Virus record (IMG/VR): IMGVR_UViG_3300049979_000188
Length of the DNA: 64,000 nt
Source: a virus
Direction: 5' to 3' (one strand)
Numbering within the stretch: position 1 is the first letter of the stretch; each line of letters begins with the position of its first letter. This document shows, piece after piece, positions 1 to 8,535 of this stretch. The translations under genes and the position numbers were made by a program. The notes under the pieces were generated by a model, which ran no database searches, was not told where the DNA came from, and saw only the letters and a list, made by a program, of their open reading frames with translations.

Positions 1-940
1 AGAGCCCGCGGGTTATGTTACGCGAGCCCTGCGTTTTTTTTTCTACTCGCTTCACAGCCCAATCCCACTTGTAACCATAATCACGCACAATAGCTTGGGG
101 ACACTCCCCTATAAAAGCAAAGAACTTGGCTGTATTTTCTGCGGGGCGAGGTAAATGAAGCTGTGGATTGTAGGAAGCGACCCCCTTGAACGTTTGCCGG
201 TGCTTCTGCACACGAAATGGTAGACCTAGTGTATTGAGCTTCGCAGCGAGCGCCTCACATTCATTCCACGTGAATCCATTTGTGCATAGTACAACTCGAC
301 TGTACTGATACTCCCCTTTTCCTCGGGAACGACTACTGGTAATCTTAAGCAATGTCCCATCACCAATAAACCAGTGTAGCAAAACAGTTGCTGTAATAAG
401 TAAATCAGTGGGTGGATGCTTTACCCCGTTCACGTACCATCGTTGTCGATAGTCGAGTAACTCACGGTAGAACCTAGTCTTAGCTCGAAAGGAGTATGTA
501 TCACGCAAGTTATACAATCCATTTGCATGGGTGGTAGGTGGTGTTACACGCGAGGTGATATTACCGGCACGAGCAAGTCCAAGCTCACCCAGGCGCGAGA
601 AGAGCCATTGCAAATAGCCCTCTTTCGCAGTGCAGTAAGAAAACACACCAGAGCGACTTGCTTCTTTACGCAGACTATCCCCCCACGTAATAGAACCATC
701 CCCCAGTAGTTCACCTGTCAGAATTTCATCCAACTCTGGTGTGATGGTGACATAATTAGCTGGGGCATAAGTTAGGTTCACCCCAGATGGATTAGCGAGT
801 ATCCCGTAGTGGTTAAGCCACTTCTTTACCAAGGGTACACTACCTTGGTAATATGCAGCTACGCCTCGCAAACTCAAACCTTGCGTCTGGTAGAGGTCAA
901 CTAATTCTTCTTTTAGGGGTACTTCACGTAGTTTTGGCAT
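1..940 (-). CDS. Double-motif LAGLIDADG homing endonuclease, 3' end runs off the window
   Basis: Hand-translated from ATG at 940 with no stop down to base 1 (so absent from the ORF track). Motifs EILTGELLGDGSI and LLHWFIGDGTL; N-terminal HTH-like segment; lower GC than neighbours. Confidence 0.85.
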   Translation of the reverse strand, partial: MPKLREVPLKEELVDLYQTQGLSLRGVAAYYQGSVPLVKKWLNHYGILANPSGVNLTYAPANYVTITPELDEILTGELLGDGSITWGDSLRKEASRSGVFSYCTAKEGYLQWLFSRLGELGLARAGNITSRVTPPTTHANGLYNLRDTYSFRAKTRFYRELLDYRQRWYVNGVKHPPTDLLITATVLLHWFIGDGTLLKITSSRSRGKGEYQYSRVVLCTNGFTWNECEALAAKLNTLGLPFRVQKHRQTFKGVASYNPQLHLPRPAENTAKFFAFIGECPQAIVRDYGYKWDWAVKRVEKKTQGSRNITRGL

Positions 941-944
941 AACA

Positions 945-952
945 CAAAGTTA
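945..952 (-). promoter_or_regulatory. Bacteroidota sigma70-type -7 box (TAACTTTG) 4 nt upstream of the LAGLIDADG ATG
   Basis: Matches TAnnTTTG; no clear -33 TTG partner. Confidence 0.45.
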
Positions 953-987
953 TGTATTAGTTGTCACTCTCACTAATAGGTGTTAAT

Positions 988-1019
988 AAAAAAAGTCTTC
1001 CTGGTAACCAGGAAGACTT
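988..1019 (-). terminator. Intrinsic terminator
   Basis: 12-bp stem AAGTCTTCCTGG/CCAGGAAGACTT followed by a T-run on the minus strand. Confidence 0.85.
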
Positions 1020-1038
1020 CCACTATAATAAGAAAGTA

Positions 1039-1188
1039 CTATTGAACACTGTCAGTATATTGAATACCGTCAGTATCGAGACGCAGGTAACAGGGGGGAC
1101 TATTCTTTGTCAGCTTACGCAGAATAGCTTTAGCACGAGTAGTTATACGGCGTGCCGTCTTTGGGTCATAAAGAATTACCTTTGACAT
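1039..1188 (-). CDS. 49-aa basic hypothetical protein (MSKVILYDPKTARRITTRAKAILRKL...)
   Basis: Hand-translated; lies between the promoter at 1236-1261 and the terminator at 988-1019; leader hairpin variant with loop AACGCA 24 nt upstream of ATG. Confidence 0.75.
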   Translation of the reverse strand: MSKVILYDPKTARRITTRAKAILRKLTKNSPPCYLRLDTDGIQYTDSVQ

Positions 1189-1292
1189 AATAAAACGGTT
1201 TATCATAAACGCTGCGTTGCGCTGACAAAGAAGTTTACGCAGAGCCCGGCGATAGTGTTACGCGAGCTCGGTCTTTTTTCGGGTCAGCACAT

Positions 1293-1328
1293 AAAAAAAA
1301 CCATCCACCTTACTTGGATGGTTTTTTT
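1293..1328. terminator. Bidirectional intrinsic terminator ending the leftward operon
   Basis: A8-CCATCCA-loop-TGGATGG-T7. Confidence 0.85.
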
Positions 1329-1338
1329 GACTCGTAAA

Positions 1339-1680
1339 TTACCGGTATTTGGTAACCAGGTGAAATTCTGGCTCGACGTGTAGGCCGTAGTGCTTGGCTA
1401 TCCCACGCTTGACGGCTAGCATTTGCTCGTAGCTGGGTTGCTTCAAGCAAAGGGGGCCGCTATCGGCCAGGTACTGGTCAGCCGCACTTTTAGCGATAAC
1501 CATGCCCACTACATGAAATTCACCCGACATGTAATCCACTACGGGGAAGATACCATCCAAGTGCTCGGGTAAGAGGGCCTGGTAGGGATTATCGCGCAGC
1601 TCCTCCAACGCTTCCGGGGTGGACGTATCAGCCGGCAGACTCACCCCGTAGACGAGGTATTGATTGACACTCGTGCTCAT
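1339..1680 (-). CDS. Hypothetical protein
   Basis: Packed co-directional ORF in the leftward block. Confidence 0.75.
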   Translation of the reverse strand: MSTSVNQYLVYGVSLPADTSTPEALEELRDNPYQALLPEHLDGIFPVVDYMSGEFHVVGMVIAKSAADQYLADSGPLCLKQPSYEQMLAVKRGIAKHYGLHVEPEFHLVTKYR

Positions 1681-1686
1681 GAGAAG

Positions 1687-2277
1687 TTAAGCTAAAACGG
1701 CTAATTCATTGCGAAGCGTAGCAGCCAGTTCGTAATCTTCACTGGCTACGGCCTGCAGCAAGCGCTCGTGGGTACGCGCGCGGCTCTGGGCCCGGTAAGC
1801 TGGGGTATCGTTAGGTTCCGCTTCCAGGATTTTAATCCAACCCGTCAGGTAACGGTAAACGTCCAAGGGACTTTTATAATTGGGTTGTTGAGACACCGTA
1901 ATCGTACGCCCGTACCAGGTTTTCTTTTCGTAAGTGAAGCCCGCAGTGCGTAGAATAGCCGGGTTTTCCAGAAATTCCAAGTGCACCATGTCCATGGGGG
2001 TAAGACCCGCTTCCTGAAGCTCCCGCAGGATGGCAGCCTCACTGAGTCCGGTGAGCGGGCAGTAAGTTTGTACAACAGTTTTCCAGGTATGCTTTTTGGT
2101 GGGCACCTCCTGGTTGATACGTTTCTGGAGTTCATGCTCGTTAATCCCGAGCAGGGCCTGGGCTATCAAGCCGCAGTTGCAAGCGTTTGCTTTCGTCCAA
2201 TCGTAATGAGCCGTATCATTTTTGAGCGCGTTGGCCACAACCTTGATGGCCTCCAGCAAGCGGTGTTTCTTCGACAT
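1687..2277 (-). CDS. Hypothetical protein with C-terminal UVR (UvrB/C) coiled-coil motif
   Basis: C-terminus LLQAVASEDYELAATLRNEL matches the UVR pattern. Confidence 0.7.
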   Translation of the reverse strand: MSKKHRLLEAIKVVANALKNDTAHYDWTKANACNCGLIAQALLGINEHELQKRINQEVPTKKHTWKTVVQTYCPLTGLSEAAILRELQEAGLTPMDMVHLEFLENPAILRTAGFTYEKKTWYGRTITVSQQPNYKSPLDVYRYLTGWIKILEAEPNDTPAYRAQSRARTHERLLQAVASEDYELAATLRNELAVLA

Positions 2278-2358
2278 GTGTTTAAGCTAGTTAGGTAGAA
2301 CCAGTATACGCCGAACTCACCTGGTACGTTACCAGTGAGCTCGACGTATGAGCTTGGA

Positions 2359-2874
2359 TTAAGCGGCAGCCCGGCGCATCTGCTCGATGTAGGCATCGAG
2401 GCGGTCATCCACTTCAATGGCCTCGACCAACTGGCGCTCGGGGCACACCAGGTAAGCGGGTAGGTTAAGCAACTTGACTTCCGACTTGATGTGGGCCGAG
2501 TCCCGGTAAGGCATGGGAATGACCCCGGCATCGAGCTGCTGCTCGTACCCTCCACCACTGACTTTGGTACGGCTGAAAGGAATAAACAAGACCTTATCGC
2601 CCTCAAGCTCACTGAAATGGCGGTAAACCAGTCCGTAAACCCAGGTAGCTTGGTACCAGAAGCCGCCGGGCTCGGGTTGGGTGAAGCGCATTTCCAGCCG
2701 CGGCAGGGGTAAGTGGCGTAACCAAACCGGCTCGGTGGTCAGCTCATGGGCCATCCACCTTAGCTCACTCACATCGGCTTCGTCTTCGTACTTGGCAAGC
2801 TTGGCGGAGAGCTCCTGCAGCTCTTGCTCTCGCAAATCCAAAAGCTCGGTTAATCGTTGTTCCGTATTGGCCAT
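2359..2874 (-). CDS. Hypothetical protein
   Basis: Packed ORF in the leftward block. Confidence 0.75.
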   Translation of the reverse strand: MANTEQRLTELLDLREQELQELSAKLAKYEDEADVSELRWMAHELTTEPVWLRHLPLPRLEMRFTQPEPGGFWYQATWVYGLVYRHFSELEGDKVLFIPFSRTKVSGGGYEQQLDAGVIPMPYRDSAHIKSEVKLLNLPAYLVCPERQLVEAIEVDDRLDAYIEQMRRAAA

Positions 2875-2892
2875 GGGGCTAAAAATAAAGGA

Positions 2893-3579
2893 TTAGGCGC
2901 CAAGCGCGTCGCTTTGGGTGTCAGTAGCGGGGAAACCACCAGCTTCCTGCGCCCTAAGGTGAGCCCGTAAATTGGTAATGAGTTGATTGACATCTTCGGC
3001 GCTACCTTCTTCGAGTAGCAGCTGAGCCCGCACGCGCGCACCCCTGCTTAGCAAGGGATGCGCCAGCAGCTCCTCCACGAGTACCCGCTGCTCGGGCAAA
3101 CAGCCCTCGGCAATTGCCGGAATAAGTGGCAGGCGGCTGAAATCAGGCTCCGGGCCACGCGGGATGTCAATACGCCGGTACACCTGCTGAGGAGTACGCC
3201 CTTCGAGCCACTTAGCTAGGTAATTGGAGACGAATATGCCCGGGAACCCCTCCTGCTCCTCGTCGTAACCGGCGGCGGCCAGGGCTTTAGCCAAGTACTC
3301 CATGTCTTTGAGGCGCCCAACGAGTTGGTCGTCAAAGAGACGGTAAATAACCAAATCAGCCTCCAACTGCTTGCTGTATTCTTTGTAGGCCGCCGGACTC
3401 AGGTTGTTTAGCTGCTCATCCGTAAGGTCCGAGCTACTGTCGAGGTGCGGCGGCTGTTTGAAGAGCAGAAACGGGTCGTTGGCGATAGTAAGCCCAAAGC
3501 ACCCGTCGGTCAGACTCACCCCGTTAGGAGTCGTAAAGGGTTCGCTGTGGTGGCCGGTAATCACTTCCCGGTACTGCAT
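2893..3579 (-). CDS. Hypothetical protein
   Basis: Start moved to MQYREV (3579) to avoid overlap with 3647-4120. Confidence 0.7.
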   Translation of the reverse strand: MQYREVITGHHSEPFTTPNGVSLTDGCFGLTIANDPFLLFKQPPHLDSSSDLTDEQLNNLSPAAYKEYSKQLEADLVIYRLFDDQLVGRLKDMEYLAKALAAAGYDEEQEGFPGIFVSNYLAKWLEGRTPQQVYRRIDIPRGPEPDFSRLPLIPAIAEGCLPEQRVLVEELLAHPLLSRGARVRAQLLLEEGSAEDVNQLITNLRAHLRAQEAGGFPATDTQSDALGA

Positions 3580-3646
3580 GAGGTGAATACCCGGAAAAGG
3601 GCTCCCCCAGCAAATTTCGGTGGCGAAGCAGTTAATAACGGACATG

Positions 3647-4120
3647 CTAGAAACGTGAATAAGTGGGTCGGTAAAAAGTAGCGACCAGTTTGAAAACGAA
3701 AATACCGTAGGGAATACAACCCATCCAGCCAATACCCGTCCAGGCACCAACAGGGTACCAGAGCGCGTAGACACTGCACACAATAAAGAGCAGCACGAGC
3801 GGGACCAGGCAAAAAGCTTGGCCGTAACCAAGCAAACTACTTAACACAATGAAGGGCAGCAGGACTACTACCAACCCTTGGCCAACTTCACCACTATACC
3901 AGGCTAGCAGAGAGCCCACTAACACCAGTAAGGGAAAGAGTCCGGGTATGCGCAGGGCCACGCGGCCGACGCGGTCTACGACGGGCGCTAGCAGGCGGTA
4001 GAAACCCAGCAGGACCCACCCACTAAGCAAGGCATAAACCAGCGTAATGAGCAGGATAGTAACGTAGTTGGCAACCGTAAAATCGGTAGCCGTACCGTGA
4101 AACAGTGGCTGGGTAAGCAT
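3647..4120 (-). CDS. Multi-pass membrane protein
   Basis: Several long hydrophobic stretches. Confidence 0.75.
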   Translation of the reverse strand: MLTQPLFHGTATDFTVANYVTILLITLVYALLSGWVLLGFYRLLAPVVDRVGRVALRIPGLFPLLVLVGSLLAWYSGEVGQGLVVVLLPFIVLSSLLGYGQAFCLVPLVLLFIVCSVYALWYPVGAWTGIGWMGCIPYGIFVFKLVATFYRPTYSRF

Positions 4121-4150
4121 ACCTGGTCTACGGGACGACTACCGACTCCG

Positions 4151-4387
4151 TTACTTAGCGGGGGTCACATCTTTGAGCAAGGCCTGCAGCCAGGTACGCG
4201 CGTCCCGAACACGGGTACGCGTAGGCTCAGCTGCTTTCTCAAAGGCCTCTACCGCAACGCTGATAGTGTTTTCGTCGACGCCAGCATTGCGCAGCAGCTC
4301 ACGCATGGTGATGTTTATCTGGTAGAACTCAATCTTACCCAGTTCATCGTCGACGTGGCTAAGGGCTTTTTGCTGAATGGCCATCAT
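4151..4387 (-). CDS. Hypothetical protein
   Basis: Start overlaps the stop of the HD gene by 4 nt. Confidence 0.7.
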   Translation of the reverse strand: MMAIQQKALSHVDDELGKIEFYQINITMRELLRNAGVDENTISVAVEAFEKAAEPTRTRVRDARTWLQALLKDVTPAK

Positions 4388-5181
4388 ACTTCGTGGAGGG
4401 GAAGGTTAAGTTCTGTACGGATAGCCGCAACCAGGGGCAGGAGCTGGGGGTAGCGATTGGCCACGTCGAGCTTGTACTCGAAGTCGTCTTCTTCCTGCCG
4501 GTATTGGGCCCGCATGGACTTGCTCTTGGCGCTGCCATCGTTGTTACTGACATTGGCCAGGCGGTCGCAGAGCTTGTCGTAAGTCGTAACGAGCTCCGAG
4601 GCTACCCGGTCGTAGTAGGCCTGGTCGTGACGCTCTTTGCGCGTGGCTCCCGTAGAGGAAACCATGAGCTGCGTGAAGCGGGCAATGAGCATTCCGGCGA
4701 ACTTAGCCACGTCGTTCATCGTACCGTAGCCATCCTCGATGTAGTCGTGCAGCCACTCCACCGCCACGGCAATATCACGCAACTCCTCGGGCAAGAGGTA
4801 ATCATACTGGCGGGCAACGGTAGCAGCCGCAAGCAAGTGCGTGGAATAAGGCTGATTGCCGTAAACCTGGCCGGCTCCGTCGTGGGCTCTTACGGCAATT
4901 TGCATCACGCGGCCCAAGAGACCCTCGGGGCCATCGCCATAGTCTACTTGCATGAGCAGGTCCAGCTCGGTTGGGTTATAAGCCCGCTCGATAACTGAGG
5001 CCCACTCGGCTGAGGCCCCATCGGCCGCTTTAGCGGCAATGGCCGTAGTAGTGGCAAGCGGCAGCAGATGCCAGTAGCGCAGCAGCCAACTAACGAAGCT
5101 CTTGGCGCCGGCGGGTTTAGCCAGGTAGGCATCTGCCAGCTCCGCGGCAAAGGCAATGGGTAAGGGCAGGTTATGGGACAT
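4384..5181 (-). CDS. RelA/SpoT-type HD-domain hydrolase (small alarmone hydrolase/Mesh1-like)
   Basis: Motifs AHDGAGQVYGNQPYSTHL, WLHDYIED, KLCDRLANV. Confidence 0.8.
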   Translation of the reverse strand: MSHNLPLPIAFAAELADAYLAKPAGAKSFVSWLLRYWHLLPLATTTAIAAKAADGASAEWASVIERAYNPTELDLLMQVDYGDGPEGLLGRVMQIAVRAHDGAGQVYGNQPYSTHLLAAATVARQYDYLLPEELRDIAVAVEWLHDYIEDGYGTMNDVAKFAGMLIARFTQLMVSSTGATRKERHDQAYYDRVASELVTTYDKLCDRLANVSNNDGSAKSKSMRAQYRQEEDDFEYKLDVANRYPQLLPLVAAIRTELNLPLHEV

Positions 5182-5186
5182 AGTAG

Positions 5187-5591
5187 TTAGATGACGGGCA
5201 AGCCCAGGGTGATAAGAATGCTGCGCAGCTGTGCGGCCGCCTCGCCGCGGCCCTGGGCCAGGCCACGGGCTCGGGTACTTTCCAGCCGCGAGAGACTACC
5301 CGGCTCAACGGGGCTCTCCTTCTGCTCGCTCTGCAGCAAGGCGCGCCGTAGAAGCTGCTCAACCAGTTGCTGGTAAGCGAGCTGATGGCTGAGTAAGGCG
5401 CCCACGTCACGCAGGTAATACTCGTAGTTGGTTCGCGGGGGCTGCTGCGTCCAGTCGCGGTCAGCCGGGATTTTCATTTGCGTGCGAATAGCATCCACCT
5501 TGTAGTGGATGGCCAGTAGCTCCGGGGCCGAGAGGAGCGGGCTTTGTTCAATAAGGGCTTGCATCGGCTGGAGTATGGCGTAGAACGGCAT
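5187..5591 (-). CDS. Hypothetical protein
   Basis: Packed ORF in the leftward block. Confidence 0.65.
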   Translation of the reverse strand: MPFYAILQPMQALIEQSPLLSAPELLAIHYKVDAIRTQMKIPADRDWTQQPPRTNYEYYLRDVGALLSHQLAYQQLVEQLLRRALLQSEQKESPVEPGSLSRLESTRARGLAQGRGEAAAQLRSILITLGLPVI

Positions 5592-6039
5592 CGGTGAATC
5601 GAATCAGCCAGTCGCCAGGGGTAAGGCGCGAGAAAGGCTCGTCTCGGGTGATGGCGTAGGCCTTAGCCGGCAACTCCTCCACCTGGATAATACCCGCCTG
5701 AAGCAGAAAAATGAGCATACCAGCCCGGGCCTGGGCCTCACTAGCTCCATACTCTTTAAGCTGACCGGGAAATTCACAGTACCAAGCCATCGGCCCCAGG
5801 TGGCCAACTGACTTGCCGCTTACCCAGTAAGGTGGCAGCATTTCTCCGAGCTCAGCCGCCGTAAAACCCACGCAATCGTTGCCGTGGGCATCAACTGGGG
5901 CATTGAAGCTGCTGCGGGTGTAAGCACCGGACGAACCTTCTTCAACCCAGAGGTTAACCCCATGCTGGGGGACACCGAGTGACTTTAACTGCAGTGCCTG
6001 CTCGCTGGTGCAGCACTGCTCAACGTGGTAGAGTACCAT
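5548..6039 (-). CDS. Hypothetical protein
   Basis: Packed ORF in the leftward block. Confidence 0.7.
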   Translation of the reverse strand: MVLYHVEQCCTSEQALQLKSLGVPQHGVNLWVEEGSSGAYTRSSFNAPVDAHGNDCVGFTAAELGEMLPPYWVSGKSVGHLGPMAWYCEFPGQLKEYGASEAQARAGMLIFLLQAGIIQVEELPAKAYAITRDEPFSRLTPGDWLIRFTDAVLRHTPADASPY

Positions 6040-6053
6040 GAGAGAAAAAGTAA

Positions 6054-6341
6054 TTAAGCGGTGGCAGCTGACGTCAAATACGTGGCCTGAAAGTCCTCCC
6101 AGTCCATTTCTTCGTCGTCGTTGTAGTAGTCAACCCAGCCCTCGCCTTCGACCCACATAGTCACGAAAATAGCGTTGCAGTAATCAGGGATAATGTGGTT
6201 TTCGTAGAGAAACAAGTGCTGCATGGCCAGCACGTTCATAATGCGCAGCGCATCGTGCTCGTCAGTTACCTCCACCACGAACGTCGGACAGGGCACTTGC
6301 GGCATGTGCTCCACACGGAGCTTATGGGGGACTTTTTTCAT
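6054..6341 (-). CDS. P22 gp17-like protein
   Basis: KLRVEHMPQVPCPTFVVEV...YENHIIPDYCNA...MW...WVDYY follows the P22 gp17 pattern as I recall it; unverified. Confidence 0.6.
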   Translation of the reverse strand: MKKVPHKLRVEHMPQVPCPTFVVEVTDEHDALRIMNVLAMQHLFLYENHIIPDYCNAIFVTMWVEGEGWVDYYNDDEEMDWEDFQATYLTSAATA

Positions 6342-6348
6342 GACAAGT

Positions 6349-6795
6349 TTACGTAGTGAATGAGATGCCCGTTACGAAGGGCCAGAAGTAGCGATGTCCC
6401 GTCGAGGGCAGCCCCTGGGTAAAACGTAAGTTATTGAGCAGGTGAAGAATATTCTCACCGCCGCCGGGATTAGCCGAGTGGACCGTAAAGTCAGGGGCCA
6501 GCACGTCGTGGTCGAGGCAATAGTTGACCAGCCACTTGGCGCTGTCCATGCCCGTTGGCAAGGGCAAGTAAGCCGGGTCCTGACTTAGGGGTGGATTACC
6601 TTGATGAATGCGAATGGCTCCCAAGTCGTGGTCAAACGAGAGGAAGCGCGGCAAACCGTGCTGCTCGATGTACTCGACAAAGGCATGATGAGAGCGCACC
6701 ACGACCCACGTGAAGTACGGCGTGGGCTCGGGCGTGCGCTCGTCATCAAGGTAGAGCGCCGGCTCGCTCGGGTCAAAGTGGGCGAAATCTAACAT
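6349..6795 (-). CDS. Cyclic-phosphate processing receiver domain protein
   Basis: Motifs LYLDDERTP, SFDHDLG, TGMDSAKWL, VHSANPGG. Confidence 0.8.
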   Translation of the reverse strand: MLDFAHFDPSEPALYLDDERTPEPTPYFTWVVVRSHHAFVEYIEQHGLPRFLSFDHDLGAIRIHQGNPPLSQDPAYLPLPTGMDSAKWLVNYCLDHDVLAPDFTVHSANPGGGENILHLLNNLRFTQGLPSTGHRYFWPFVTGISFTT

Positions 6796-7241
6796 ACCAA
6801 CGTGCGTTTAGGTGGGACGCCGCGGCGTCGGGCCCGGCGCTTGGGGCTATTTTTACGAAATAAACCAGTCTCTACCGCGTGGCGCACATTAGCAAGGGGA
6901 GTAACCCATTCCAGGTTAGTACGCCGGTTGTCCTGCTTGTAGCCGTTCTTGTGGTTAACCTGGGTGCGAGTTACCGGGTCAGGGTTCGGGACGAAAACCA
7001 GGGCCACCAAGCGGTGAATCAAATGCGTCACACTCACGCCATCCTCCGATAAAGCGACGGTCAGGTAACCCTCCCGGTCAGTTTGGTGGTGACGGGCACT
7101 AAGCAAACGCTGGCGGTGCGTGGTGTAGACCTGGCCCTGCGCATTGAGAAAGTAATGTGCATAGCCCGGAATGGGCCGAAAGTGAGAGTGCGCGTAGTAA
7201 AACCCCTTCTGAGAGCCGGCGTAAGGCACCTTGAGTTTCAT
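6789..7241 (-). CDS. HNH homing endonuclease (NUMOD4-like plus HNH)
   Basis: FRPIPGY; GYLTVAL; IHRLVALVF; VNHKNGYKQDNRRTNLEWVT. Confidence 0.9.
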   Translation of the reverse strand: MKLKVPYAGSQKGFYYAHSHFRPIPGYAHYFLNAQGQVYTTHRQRLLSARHHQTDREGYLTVALSEDGVSVTHLIHRLVALVFVPNPDPVTRTQVNHKNGYKQDNRRTNLEWVTPLANVRHAVETGLFRKNSPKRRARRRGVPPKRTLVC

Positions 7242-7807
7242 GTTTTCTTGTTTTTATGCGCCTTAACTAAGGCGCGATGCTTCTTGCCCAGCTCCTGCAG
7301 GTAAGCCTTTACCTGCACGGGTTCACCCAGCTCGGGTACCCACCACTTGAACATAGCTGCCGGGTAAGTATGGCCGCCACCGGCTACCCAATGAGGACCT
7401 CTACCCAGGTAATTCTGCTCGTATCCCGCATTAAACCAGCCGGCGCTCTGAAAGGGCGTGTAGACAAAGCAGCGCTGCCCATCCATGGGTGGCTCCGTGG
7501 CTGTCTCACGAGGCCGTATCAATTCCCAAGCCGGCTCCACGGCCTGCACGCGTAGCCAAAGGGCAAGCTCTGCGCTACGAATGGGGGAGATGTGGCTCAA
7601 ATAACCGGCCAGGGTCTTGCTTGTCACGCAGAAAGGCTCGTGCAAGCCTTTGCAGTGCTGGGTGTAGGTGTGCGCTTCCTTGCGAGTGTAGAAAGCAGCT
7701 TCGGTAATCGAGTCGGTATAGGTCTTACCACCGGGTAGCCAGTAGGGGGCCACCGTGGTCTCCCGATACCCCACGGCCAGGATGACATAATCTTTGCGCG
7801 CGCCCAT
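7238..7807 (-). CDS. Hypothetical protein
   Basis: Start set to MGARKDY, just after the stop at 7812. Confidence 0.65.
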   Translation of the reverse strand: MGARKDYVILAVGYRETTVAPYWLPGGKTYTDSITEAAFYTRKEAHTYTQHCKGLHEPFCVTSKTLAGYLSHISPIRSAELALWLRVQAVEPAWELIRPRETATEPPMDGQRCFVYTPFQSAGWFNAGYEQNYLGRGPHWVAGGGHTYPAAMFKWWVPELGEPVQVKAYLQELGKKHRALVKAHKNKKT

Positions 7808-7811
7808 CTGT

Positions 7812-8483
7812 TTACGCAATGGGATTGGCCAGCAACCAGGCATCCGCCTCGTGGCGCTTGCAACGGTGCGCAATCGTCACGCCGTGGGCAAAACCATTAT
7901 CGGCCTCGATGCGGTCAGCGTCCTGCTTAGGCAGAATGTAGTAGGTAAAGGTTTGGTTACGCCCAAACGGACCCTTGAGAATAACCACCGGGGCCTGGGT
8001 ATCCTGATACGCTTCAGAAAGGTAATTCAGAACTTCCTGGGACGTTGGCTGCTGGCCGGGCCCGTACTCTGTGTCAACAAGGATGAGTTTACCCAGGAGC
8101 TTAAAGTAGTCCAGCTCACCCTCGCGCACCATACCGCCGAAGGCTTCATCCAGGAAAGAGGCGGCATAGCCTGCCGTCCCATCGAGGTCAACCACCAGTA
8201 CTTGGGCGGGGGTAGCCGGGTCCAGGCAGTCACGCAGCAACGGTACTAGTCGGGCCCGCAGTTCTTCGCCACTGAAGCCGGGCTCAGCATGCATCTGCCG
8301 GGTACGCCCACCAGGCGTATCCGTGAAATCCCGAGCCACGGAGAAGTAGTGCACGCGGGGCTCGTCTACCACGAGCTCAGCTAAACTCAGGCCAGCTACG
8401 GTATGCTGGGGCTCAGGGGAGTTATCGGCTAGCACGGACAGGTGCTCCAGCAGAGTAACCGTATCAAAACGAGAAGTGGACAT
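7812..8483 (-). CDS. STAS-like (DUF4325-type) domain protein
   Basis: FSVARDFTDTPGGR...FSGEELR...VDLDGTAGYAASFLDEAFGGMV. Confidence 0.7.
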   Translation of the reverse strand: MSTSRFDTVTLLEHLSVLADNSPEPQHTVAGLSLAELVVDEPRVHYFSVARDFTDTPGGRTRQMHAEPGFSGEELRARLVPLLRDCLDPATPAQVLVVDLDGTAGYAASFLDEAFGGMVREGELDYFKLLGKLILVDTEYGPGQQPTSQEVLNYLSEAYQDTQAPVVILKGPFGRNQTFTYYILPKQDADRIEADNGFAHGVTIAHRCKRHEADAWLLANPIA

Positions 8484-8531
8484 TAACGTAAACAGGTTGG
8501 TTTCCCCTTAGTTTACGTTAATGTCCACTTC
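8473..8531. repeat. Perfect 21-bp inverted repeat covering a promoter -10 box and the downstream start codon
   Basis: GAAGTGGACATTAACGTAAAC (8473-8493) and its reverse complement (8511-8531). Confidence 0.95.
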
Positions 8532-8535
8532 CGCG

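Noticed and set aside
941-1230. Group I intron around the LAGLIDADG gene
   Set aside because: Upstream DNA resolves into promoter, 49-aa ORF and terminator, and no intron core was recognisable. The downstream flank is outside the window.
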